From positions 4,920,001-4,952,000 of the forward strand of contig NC_009483.1 of NCBI RefSeq assembly GCF_000016745.1: DNA of 32,000 nucleotides, in the 5' to 3' direction. The translations under genes were made by a program, and so were the position numbers. This stretch comes from Geotalea uraniireducens Rf4. Lineage in GTDB: Bacteria > Desulfobacterota > Desulfuromonadia > Geobacterales > Geobacteraceae. Below the pieces are notes generated by a model. It did no database searches, was not told where the DNA came from, and worked only from the letters and a program-made list of their open reading frames with translations. The first letter of the stretch is position 1. Every line of letters begins with the position of its first letter. Below are positions 11,488 through 19,995 of the stretch, one piece after another.

Positions 11488-13080
11488 TTGATCGAGAACC
11501 GTATGCCACCATTCAGTTTAAAGACCAAGATCAAACAGAAGCGGACGGAAAAGGAGATAAAACATACCCTGTCATTGCTCAAGGCAACCCTTGAATCGAC
11601 TGCCGACGGCATTCTGGTTATAGACCGGGAGAGGAGAATCATCAGTTACAACAAGAAATTTGCCGACATGTGGCACATTCCAGGCACTCTCCTCGCCACA
11701 ACGGATGATGACCACCTGCAGTCGGTTGTTCTCCACCAGATGAAATCCCCCGCAGACTTCATCGCAAGGATCAACGAGATACACAGCTACCCAGCATGCG
11801 AAAGTTATGACGTCCTGGAATTTGCGGACGGCAGATTTTTCGAGCGGGTTTCCAAACCGCAGACCATCGAAGATAAAATAGTCGGGAGGGTGTGGAGTTT
11901 TCGCGACATCACCGAACAAAGAAAACTTGAATGCCAGCTCAGGCACTCGCAGAAAATGGAAGCCATCGGCACATTGACCGGCGGCATTGCCCATGACTTC
12001 AACAACATACTTACTGCCATCATCGGTTACGGCAACCTTATCCAGATGCAGATGGACAAATCAGACCCCCTGCTCCACTACCTGGTACAGTTGCTTGCCG
12101 CTACAGACAAGGCAACCTGCCTCACTAAAGGTTTGCTGACCTACAGCAGAAAGCAGCCCCTTAATCCATGTCATGCTGATCTCAATGATATCGTCAAAAG
12201 GGTTACCAAGCTTTTATCAAGACTTATCAGCGAAAATATCGATTTTTCGTCCATCCTGACAGAGCGGAAATTGTGCGTTACGGCCGACAGCGGGCAGATA
12301 GAGCAGGTCATCATGAACCTCGTCACAAACGCCAGGGATGCCATGCCCGAAGGGGGAACCATCATCATCAACACCGACGTGGCGGAATTGGACGACACTT
12401 TCATCAGAAACCAGGATTACGGGCATGCGGGAATGTATGCCCTCATCTCCGTATCGGATTCCGGCGTAGGCATGGATAAAGTAATGATGGAGAGGATTTT
12501 CGAACCGTTTTTCACAACCAAGGAGGTAGGTAGAGGCACGGGCCTCGGTCTTTCCATCGTCTATGGGATAATTAAAAAGCATAACGGCTTTATTCAGGTT
12601 GACAGTGAACCGGATAACGGCTCTGTATTCAAAGTCTATCTCCCCCTGACCAGCAATAATGCTACGGAAATGCACGTCAAACCCCAAAACGTCCAGATCG
12701 GGGGGACGGAAACCATCCTCCTCATAGAAGACAACTTAGAGGTAAGACAGCTTCTCAAAGCGCTCCTGGAGCAATACGGTTACAAGGTTATAGAAGCGGC
12801 GGACGGAGAAGACGCAATAGAAAGATTCATCGAGCACCAGGACGACATTCAGCTGCTGGTGCTCGATGTTATCATACCGAAGAAAAACGGTAGGGAAGTA
12901 TACAACGAGTTGAAACAGATACGACATGACATCAGGGCACTGTTCACGAGCGGTTACAGCACCGACATAATCAGCAAGAACGGTATTATGGAAGAGGGGC
13001 TGGATTTTATCTCAAAGCCGCTCGCCCCGAGTGCCCTTCTGGCAAAGATCAGGGAGATGCTGGAGCAGCCTAGACCCTGA
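11488..13080 (+). CDS. PAS-domain hybrid sensor histidine kinase (HisKA, HATPase_c and C-terminal receiver)
   Basis: TTG start at 11488, with an alternative ATG at 11503. The domains are a PAS region ([20 protein letters not shown]), an H-box ([14 protein letters not shown]), G-boxes ([16 protein letters not shown]) and a receiver (ILLIEDN...LLVLDVIIP). Confidence 0.9.
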   Translation: MIENRMPPFSLKTKIKQKRTEKEIKHTLSLLKATLESTADGILVIDRERRIISYNKKFADMWHIPGTLLATTDDDHLQSVVLHQMKSPADFIARINEIHSYPACESYDVLEFADGRFFERVSKPQTIEDKIVGRVWSFRDITEQRKLECQLRHSQKMEAIGTLTGGIAHDFNNILTAIIGYGNLIQMQMDKSDPLLHYLVQLLAATDKATCLTKGLLTYSRKQPLNPCHADLNDIVKRVTKLLSRLISENIDFSSILTERKLCVTADSGQIEQVIMNLVTNARDAMPEGGTIIINTDVAELDDTFIRNQDYGHAGMYALISVSDSGVGMDKVMMERIFEPFFTTKEVGRGTGLGLSIVYGIIKKHNGFIQVDSEPDNGSVFKVYLPLTSNNATEMHVKPQNVQIGGTETILLIEDNLEVRQLLKALLEQYGYKVIEAADGEDAIERFIEHQDDIQLLVLDVIIPKKNGREVYNELKQIRHDIRALFTSGYSTDIISKNGIMEEGLDFISKPLAPSALLAKIREMLEQPRP

Positions 13081-14074
13081 ATTCCTCGATCCTCGTTTCG
13101 GAAAATTCGTTTTTAACGGTCATCTGTTTTTCTCTACTGTCGATCACGAATTTTATGGTACATTCCTGTCCTGGCTCGGCCCTGGTATAACGGAGGAGGA
13201 TCTTTGCGGCGTTTTCCAGCTTCGTATCATCGAGCTTGCCCATGACAACCGTTAACGGGCTGCTCCCTTCGTCCCAGCGGAGAATCGCCTCGCCGGCCTG
13301 CACGGCGGTTTCCAGCACATTGTTTTCCGCCTCGTTGCGGCCGACGATGGCCTTGGTGCGGGAGCCGATACGGAAATGCCGGCCGAGCTTCAGTAAACGG
13401 AAATCGCGCAGATTGAGGGTGTCGGAGTGGTCAAAGACGTCTTTCACCTTGGAAACGAACGAAAGCTCCGTCAACAGGCAGCCACCGGCCGGGCAGGGGT
13501 AGTTCTTCACATCCAGATCATCGGCCAGCTGCATCTGCTCCTTGCGTGAACGTCCCTGGATGGCGAGGAGCCTCTCCCGATCCACCCACCCTTCCGTCTC
13601 CGGGATGGTGGGATTAAAGTGCTTGGCTGAAAGGGGGCGAAGCAGAAGCCCCTCCAGTCCGCTCTCCCGCTCGATCAGGCGGAGGGTGTCGCGGCGCTGG
13701 CTCATGGGGCGCTGTCCGAGAACCTCGCCGGTAATGACAAAATCAGCGCCGCTTTCAGCCATGTATTCCTTGGCCTTTCGGAGCAGGAAAATGCGGCAAT
13801 CAATGCACGGGTTCATCCCCTTGCCGTAGCCATGTTTGGGTTTCCCGACTATTTCCAGGTATTCGACCCCCTTGTGCATGACCTTGATGGGGATGTTGAA
13901 TTCTTCGGCAACCCTGACCGCCTCTGACTTGCAGCCGGAATTTTTCCCGGTGCAGGTGCAGAAGGGGGAAGTGAAGTTGAGGGCTTCTACGGCTATTCCC
14001 TGCTCCAGCATTACCTTGACGGCAAGCGTTGAATCGAGGCCGCCGGAAAGAAGGGCAAGTGCTTTTTTTTGCAT
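13070..14074 (-). CDS. ThiI-like PP-loop ATP pyrophosphatase (putative tRNA/sulfur transferase) lacking an N-terminal THUMP domain
   Basis: The ORF track gives 13070..14194. I prefer the ATG at 14074, which has AGGAGA upstream on the minus strand. The PP-loop is ALLSGGLDST, and ITGEVLGQRPMSQ is a ThiI-like block. Cys motifs are CTCTGKNSGC, NPCIDC and PCPAGGC. Its 3' end overlaps the convergent kinase gene by 11 nt. Confidence 0.65.
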   Translation of the reverse strand: MQKKALALLSGGLDSTLAVKVMLEQGIAVEALNFTSPFCTCTGKNSGCKSEAVRVAEEFNIPIKVMHKGVEYLEIVGKPKHGYGKGMNPCIDCRIFLLRKAKEYMAESGADFVITGEVLGQRPMSQRRDTLRLIERESGLEGLLLRPLSAKHFNPTIPETEGWVDRERLLAIQGRSRKEQMQLADDLDVKNYPCPAGGCLLTELSFVSKVKDVFDHSDTLNLRDFRLLKLGRHFRIGSRTKAIVGRNEAENNVLETAVQAGEAILRWDEGSSPLTVVMGKLDDTKLENAAKILLRYTRAEPGQECTIKFVIDSREKQMTVKNEFSETRIEEFRV

Positions 14075-14249
14075 GATTTCTCCTGTGGTCCCATGTCGAA
14101 GCAGAAAAGTGACGCTGCACTGCGACACGGAGCCGGATGTATTTTTTCCGAGGCTACCACATGCAGCGGAAAAAAGTAAAGCCCATGGGCGCATTTCACC
14201 AATTTAACGGGCGCCGATTGTCGATAAGCATTGAGTCAGGGAGGTGGCT

Positions 14250-15908
14250 ATGGATAAAGTCGTCAAAGAGGGATCACTCGGATCGATCCTTCTCCAATCT
14301 CAGATCATCACCGAAGATGAACTTAAAGCGGCGCTTGAGGAACAGAAAAATTCCGTCAGCCGTATCGGCGAGGCACTGATCAAGCTTGGGGTTGTCACCC
14401 AGGAGGACATCGACTGGGCCCTCTCCAACCAGCTCAATATCCCCTATGTGAGGCTGAAGAAGGAAAATATCGGCAGGATGGCCGTCGAACGCGTTCCGGC
14501 TTCTCTTGCCCGGCGTTACAACCTCATCCCTTTATTCCTCACCGGCGATGATTTAAGCATAGCCATCGCCGATCCATTAAACAGCGAGGCTGTCAGGGCC
14601 GTGGAAAGCGCGACCGGCTGCCAGATCACTGTTTCCGTGGCGCTCATCCGCGAAATTCGCGAGATGCAGGATCTTTTCTACGGCACGGAGGAAACAGCCG
14701 CGACACTCGGTTTCTCCTCCGGCTATTTCCCGTCCCGTGCTCTCGATGCAATCAACTCCGACCTGTCCGGCGCCAGACTCCTCGACTACCTCCTCCTTTC
14801 CATCGTCCAGAAAAAGCTGGCCTCACTGTCGTTGCAGCCGATGGGAGACGGCATCCTGATCGTGGGGAGGAGCGGCGGAATAGCCAGGGAAATGGGAAAG
14901 CTCGAAGCCGCCCATTATCCCGAGCTGCTGCTGCGCATCAGAAAACTCGCCAGGATCAATGGCACAGACGAGCCGTCAGCACGTGGTGTGCTGGCGTTCC
15001 TTCTCAAGGGGAGGAAGATACTTTACCATGCTTCCCTGCTACGCGGCCAGGGAGGGGATTACGTGACCCTCAAGCTTCACATCTCGACCGCTTTCCCTGC
15101 ATCCGTCGCCGATTTAGGGCTTTCGGAAGAAAAGATTCGCCAATTCCGCGAACTGGCCGCCGTTGAAACCGGCATGGTACTCTTCTCGCAACGGGATGCC
15201 GACGAGCGCTGCCGTTTCATCGACCTATACCTGGATGAGCGCGCAACAGCCGGCAAAACCGTGCTGGTCCTCGGCGACAGCGTGGGCAACGGGAGGAAAA
15301 AATTCCCGCGCATCCCTGTCCGGAAGGGACCCCAGACCGAACTGGGCGCGTTGATAATGGCGACTCTCGACCATGATCCGGACATCATCGTCATCGAGGA
15401 CGCCACCGACAGCCAGGCATTCATCGCCGCAGGCAAGGCGGCTATGCGCGGCAAGCTGGTATTGGCGGGCATTTCCTTCGGAGGCATCACGGCAACCTTC
15501 AAGAACCTCCTTTTCTACTGGCACAAAAGCTATTTCATCCCGACCTTCGTCAAGGGGGTGATCTCCTTCAAGGGGCTCCTCATCCTCTGCCCGCACTGCA
15601 AGTTGAGCTATCAGCCGACGCCCGAGGAGAGTGCCGCCCTGCGCATTGCGGTTCCGGCCACCACAAGCTACCGGGCCAAGGGATGCCAGGCCTGCGACCA
15701 TACGGGCTATGCGGGCCGCAAATACCTGATGGGGCTGATCCCCTTCGACAGCCCCATGCTGGAAGCGTTTGAAGCCGCCAGGGACAGCGCTGAAATCCTC
15801 GACTACCTCAACGGCAAGGGATACCGCGGCATACGGGAAGAGGGTCTGGATCTGTTGAATGCCGGCGAGATATCGCCGGAAGAATTTGCCGCTGCAATCA
15901 TCTATTAA
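14250..15908 (+). CDS. GspE/PilB-family protein with an N-terminal MshEN (T2SSE_N) domain and a degenerate, probably inactive, ATPase core
   Basis: The ORF track starts at the GTG at 14244. The ATG at 14250 follows AGGGAGG. There are two MshEN-type motifs (SLGSILLQSQIITEDELKAALEEQ and RIGEALIKLGVVTQEDIDWALSNQ). The C-terminal half is colinear with secretion ATPases and includes CPHC...CQAC. The Walker A position reads FSQRDADER, Walker B reads DPDIIVIEDATD, and the His-box position reads RGKLVLAGISF. Confidence 0.8.
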   Translation: MDKVVKEGSLGSILLQSQIITEDELKAALEEQKNSVSRIGEALIKLGVVTQEDIDWALSNQLNIPYVRLKKENIGRMAVERVPASLARRYNLIPLFLTGDDLSIAIADPLNSEAVRAVESATGCQITVSVALIREIREMQDLFYGTEETAATLGFSSGYFPSRALDAINSDLSGARLLDYLLLSIVQKKLASLSLQPMGDGILIVGRSGGIAREMGKLEAAHYPELLLRIRKLARINGTDEPSARGVLAFLLKGRKILYHASLLRGQGGDYVTLKLHISTAFPASVADLGLSEEKIRQFRELAAVETGMVLFSQRDADERCRFIDLYLDERATAGKTVLVLGDSVGNGRKKFPRIPVRKGPQTELGALIMATLDHDPDIIVIEDATDSQAFIAAGKAAMRGKLVLAGISFGGITATFKNLLFYWHKSYFIPTFVKGVISFKGLLILCPHCKLSYQPTPEESAALRIAVPATTSYRAKGCQACDHTGYAGRKYLMGLIPFDSPMLEAFEAARDSAEILDYLNGKGYRGIREEGLDLLNAGEISPEEFAAAIIY

Positions 15909-15922
15909 CGGAGCACCGACAC

Positions 15923-16993
15923 ATGGCACGCATTGACGCACTATTTAAAATGATGCACGAACAGGGAGCCTCGGACCTGCACCTCTCCACCGGTGCCCCC
16001 CCCATCTTCCGCCTGCATGGAGAAATGGAGCGCCTGAACTTCAAGGCGCTGGCCCACGAGGACCTGAAGTCCATCCTTTACGAGATCCTCAGCGAGAAAC
16101 AGATAGCCGATTTCGAAGCGCGAAAGGACCTGGATTTCGCCTATTCCGTGCCGGGCCTCGCCCGCTTCCGCGGCAACATCCTCATGCAGCATCGCGGGAT
16201 TGCGGCAGTTTTCCGCATCATCCCCAGTAAAATCCTCACGGCCGACGAGCTGAATCTCCCGGAAGGGGTGCGCAAGCTGACCATGCTGAGGAAGGGGCTG
16301 GTCCTCGTCACCGGCCCGACCGGTTCCGGTAAATCCACCACCCTGGCGGCAATGATCGACCTGATAAACTCCACCCGCCGCGAACATATCCTCACCCTGG
16401 AAGACCCGCTTGAATTCATCCACGAAAACAAGATGTCCCTCTTCAACCAGCGCCAGATTGGCGAGCATTCAGAGAGTTTCGCCGCTGCGCTCCGCGCCGC
16501 CCTGCGTGAGGACCCGGACGTGATCCTCGTCGGCGAGATGCGCGACCTGGAGACCATCAGCCTGGCCATGAGCGCCGCAGAGACCGGCCACCTCGTCTTC
16601 GGCACCCTCCACACCAGTTCCGCGGCCAAGACCGTGGACAGGATCATCGATGTTTTTCCCAAGGATGCCCAGGAGCAGGTGCGCGCCATGCTCTCCGAAT
16701 CACTCAAGGGGGTCATCAGCCAGCAGTTGCTGAAAAACGCAGACGGCAAGGGAAGGACGGCTGCCCTGGAGATCATGATGGGCACCCCGGCCATCGGCAA
16801 CCTGATCCGCGAGGGGAAAACGTTCCAGATCCCCTCCATCATGCAGACCGCCCGGAAAGACGGCATGCAGCTCATGGACCAGCACCTGCTCGACCTGCTG
16901 AAGACGAAGAAAGTAGCCCCGGAAGAGGCATACCGCTGCTCCGCCGACAAGAAGCAGTTCGAGCAGTACCTCCCTGACCGGCCGCAGCAGTAG
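15923..16993 (+). CDS. pilT: Type IV pilus retraction (twitching motility) ATPase PilT
   Basis: 356 aa with Walker A GPTGSGKST, Walker B DPDVILVGEMRD, His-box TGHLVFGTLHT and the PilT signature AIGNLIREGK. It starts 14 nt after the preceding gene. Confidence 0.93.
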   Translation: MARIDALFKMMHEQGASDLHLSTGAPPIFRLHGEMERLNFKALAHEDLKSILYEILSEKQIADFEARKDLDFAYSVPGLARFRGNILMQHRGIAAVFRIIPSKILTADELNLPEGVRKLTMLRKGLVLVTGPTGSGKSTTLAAMIDLINSTRREHILTLEDPLEFIHENKMSLFNQRQIGEHSESFAAALRAALREDPDVILVGEMRDLETISLAMSAAETGHLVFGTLHTSSAAKTVDRIIDVFPKDAQEQVRAMLSESLKGVISQQLLKNADGKGRTAALEIMMGTPAIGNLIREGKTFQIPSIMQTARKDGMQLMDQHLLDLLKTKKVAPEEAYRCSADKKQFEQYLPDRPQQ

Positions 16994-17014
16994 GCAATCT
17001 ATGTCAGATGATTT

Positions 17015-17770
17015 TCAGGAAAAAGGGCGACGCGCGGTGACGAAGAGCGATGTGCCGATCGGCATGGAATAACGCTTGAGGAGGAGGTTCTCCGCTCGAA
17101 CGAGACTCAGAAGAAGGCTGTTCACCGACGCCGTCGACAGACCGACGTCCGACGCGACTTCTTCCGCTTCGGGCGAGCGGGGAAGGAATCGCTTTGCCAG
17201 GCGGCAGAAGGCGATGGGAATGAAAAGGAAACCGAGACGGTAGGTTGATCTTTCGACGCAAAACCCCTCCTCTGCCAGCAGGGGAAGGAGTTCTTTACGC
17301 GTGTAACGCTTGCGGGTATGGACGGCAATGTCGTGGGTGCTCCGCAGAAACTCGTAGGCCGGCAGGTTGAGGATGAGGAGCCCCCCCGGCTTGAGTGCCC
17401 GGTAAAATTTTGCGAGTATCTCCGCATCATTTGCTACGGCACGGTGGTAAAGCACGTCGATGGAGGTGACCACGTCATAGCGCTCCTCTCCCAGATCGGC
17501 ATGGTTGAGATCGGCACAGGAAACGGCAGTGAGTCCCCGAGCCCGACTGAAGGCGATGGCTTGTTGCGACAGATCGCATCCTTCCACCTCAGCGAATTTC
17601 TCAAGAAGCTGGCAGAGACGGCCGGTGCCGCAACCGGCATCGAGTATCCGGAGAGTGCGCCCGCTCTGCTGCTCTTTCGCCACGAACTCCAGGATGAGCT
17701 CATGGAGCGAGGCATACCACCAGTGACGGTCCTCGACCTTGAACATCTGTTCATATTCCCGTTCGTTCAT
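17015..17770 (-). CDS. Class I SAM-dependent methyltransferase
   Basis: The ORF track gives 17015..17998. I prefer the ATG at 17770, which shares ATGA with the upstream aminotransferase stop. It has the SAM motif I ILDAGCGTG and an N-terminal EDRHWWY block seen in sugar/LPS-cluster methyltransferases. Confidence 0.8.
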   Translation of the reverse strand: MNEREYEQMFKVEDRHWWYASLHELILEFVAKEQQSGRTLRILDAGCGTGRLCQLLEKFAEVEGCDLSQQAIAFSRARGLTAVSCADLNHADLGEERYDVVTSIDVLYHRAVANDAEILAKFYRALKPGGLLILNLPAYEFLRSTHDIAVHTRKRYTRKELLPLLAEEGFCVERSTYRLGFLFIPIAFCRLAKRFLPRSPEAEEVASDVGLSTASVNSLLLSLVRAENLLLKRYSMPIGTSLFVTARRPFS

Positions 17771-18942
17771 CCATGGTCCTTTTTCCCCGATAACGGCTGG
17801 TTTCGGAAAAATGATCTGATTGCCTCGACGACCCGTCCCGCCTCTTCTGCCAAAAGATCGGGGTACATGGGCAATGACAGGATTTCTTCCGCCAGACGCT
17901 CGGTCACCGGCAGGGAACCCTGCCGGTAACCGAGGAACCTGTAGCCCCGCATGTGATGGATCGGCGTCGGGTAATTGATGCGGGTCTCGATGCCGCACCC
18001 TTCCAGGTAGTTCTTGAGTTCATCCCTCCGGCCGGTTCTGATGGTGTAAAGGTAATACTGGTGGTTCCTGTCGCTTTGCACAAGAGGCAGCGCGATATCC
18101 CCCACCCCTTCCAGACCGCCCGTATAGATTGCCGCTATATTTTTCCGCCGCGTTATCTCTTCATCGAGGGCAGGGAGACGGAAATCGAGGAGCGCCGCCT
18201 GAAGTTCGTCGAGCCGCGAGTTGTATCCCTCCTCTTCCGAATAGTACCCCCCATCCATGCCGTAGAAGCGGAGCCGCCGGAGACGGTGGTGAAGATCTTC
18301 CCGCTTCGTCACGGCCATGCCGCCGTCGCCGAACCCGCCGAGGACCTTGGTGGGATAGAAGGAGAAGGCCCCCACGGCGCCGAAACTCCCGACCCGCCCC
18401 CCCCGGTAGACGGCACCTGCGGCCTGGGCGCAGTCTTCCACCACCTCTACCCCCCTCCTGCGAGCCACGTCGAGAAGCGGCTCCATATCGACCGGCTGGC
18501 CATAGAGGTGCACCGGCAGGACGCACCTGGTGCGGGATGTGACGGTCTCCTCGACCCGGGTTACATCCATGAGGAAGGTATCCGCCTCCACATCGACGAA
18601 GACGGGCATGGCACCGGTGGCCCGGATCGCCGCGACGGTCGGCACTGCGGTATTGGCAACGGTGATCACCTCTGCTCCCGGCCCGATATCGAGCGCCTTG
18701 AGCGCCAGGAAGATGGCGTCTGTGCCCGAATTGACCCCGACCCCGAACCGGCTGCCGCAGAAAGCGGCGAAGTGTTCCTCGAATGCCGCCACCCGGCTGC
18801 CGAGGATGAGGCGCCCCGAGGCAAAGACTTCGTCGACTAAAGCAAGTATCTCCTCGCGGTTCCGCCGGTAATCATCCAGATAGTCCCAGTAACGCACCGG
18901 CGCCTGATCGCTACACTCTCCCCTATTGCCGATCTTCTTCAT
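17767..18942 (-). CDS. DegT/DnrJ/EryC1/StrS-family PLP-dependent NDP-sugar aminotransferase
   Basis: The ORF track gives 17767..19020. I prefer the ATG at 18942. Family blocks are GSRVAAFEEHFA, GVNSGTDAIFLAL and SFYPTKVLGGFGDGGMAVT (PLP-Lys). Confidence 0.88.
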   Translation of the reverse strand: MKKIGNRGECSDQAPVRYWDYLDDYRRNREEILALVDEVFASGRLILGSRVAAFEEHFAAFCGSRFGVGVNSGTDAIFLALKALDIGPGAEVITVANTAVPTVAAIRATGAMPVFVDVEADTFLMDVTRVEETVTSRTRCVLPVHLYGQPVDMEPLLDVARRRGVEVVEDCAQAAGAVYRGGRVGSFGAVGAFSFYPTKVLGGFGDGGMAVTKREDLHHRLRRLRFYGMDGGYYSEEEGYNSRLDELQAALLDFRLPALDEEITRRKNIAAIYTGGLEGVGDIALPLVQSDRNHQYYLYTIRTGRRDELKNYLEGCGIETRINYPTPIHHMRGYRFLGYRQGSLPVTERLAEEILSLPMYPDLLAEEAGRVVEAIRSFFRNQPLSGKKDHG

Positions 18943-19900
18943 GGCGGCATCCTTTCTCCATTTGGTCAGCGAGGCGGGCAAGCCTCCTTGTTCGCTGGTG
19001 CATTTCCCCGAAATCCCCACCGTTTCGCACGACGGCGCAGACGTGCTCGATCATGAGCCGGAAGTGATCGCAGGCGGGAACTGTGAATGAAGTGTCACGC
19101 TCGCCGCAGGTCACCCGTATCAGATTCGCCAGATCGGCGGGGGTCGTGTAGGCCCGATCCACCCTTATCTTCCCCAGCTCGCCGATGATTTCATAATACG
19201 ACTCGTACTGCTGGCCAAAGGCGATGGAGAAGGTAAATACCTCTCCGGCAGAGGTAAGAGCCGTACCATGCATCGCCACATTGAGCCCGCTGCGGTCGAG
19301 GGCGAACCCTCTGAACCGGTAGGAATCGCCCTGCAAACAATGCAGCGCCGTGCTCAAAGGATAACGGGCGAGGTCGTGGAAAGCGCCTCCCCCCCTCTCC
19401 GGGTCGAGGCGGAAATTGCCGGCCGCGGGGAAAGGGAAAGCAAAGACGCTCCTCAGGGATCTGATCCGGCCGATTCGCCCCGCATCGATAAGACCCTTCA
19501 CTGCGGCATGCTGGGGGTGATGGAGATACATGAGGTTCTCGTAGAGGAGAACTCCCCGTTCCCCGGCGCAGCGGAGCATCCTTTCGACCGAGGCGGCAGA
19601 AAGGCCGAGCGGCTTTTCGCAGATGACATGTTTCCCGCTTTGCAGGGCACGCACCGTCCACTCTTCGTGGAGATGGTTCGGCAGCGAGAGATAGACCAGC
19701 TCTATCTCTTCGTGGGCTAAAAGCTCCTCATAGCCGAGTACTGCATACGTTTCCCCGGCAAGGGAAGCGGCGGCCCGGCTCGCTACCCCCTTGAGAACAG
19801 CTCCTCCACAGCCACGAAGCGCAGGAATGAACTTCCGGCAAGCAATGTCCGAGCAGCCAAGAATCCCCACGCGCACTCTCTTGTCAGCAGTTAGCGCCAT
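18923..19900 (-). CDS. Gfo/Idh/MocA-family NAD(P)-dependent oxidoreductase (candidate NDP-hexose 3-ketoreductase)
   Basis: 325 aa with AAGGAA 6 nt upstream. It has the Rossmann N-terminus VRVGILGCSDIACRKFIPAL and an EKP motif (VICEKPL). The specific 3-ketoreductase role is inferred from genomic context next to the 2,3-dehydratase. Confidence 0.8.
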   Translation of the reverse strand: MALTADKRVRVGILGCSDIACRKFIPALRGCGGAVLKGVASRAAASLAGETYAVLGYEELLAHEEIELVYLSLPNHLHEEWTVRALQSGKHVICEKPLGLSAASVERMLRCAGERGVLLYENLMYLHHPQHAAVKGLIDAGRIGRIRSLRSVFAFPFPAAGNFRLDPERGGGAFHDLARYPLSTALHCLQGDSYRFRGFALDRSGLNVAMHGTALTSAGEVFTFSIAFGQQYESYYEIIGELGKIRVDRAYTTPADLANLIRVTCGERDTSFTVPACDHFRLMIEHVCAVVRNGGDFGEMHQRTRRLARLADQMEKGCRHEEDRQ

Positions 19901-19995
19901 AACCGATTCCTTTATATGTACACAACGTCAGCCGACGACATCGTAAATGGCTATCCCCATGCTCGACATATCCTGCACTTCCATCTTTCTACCCA

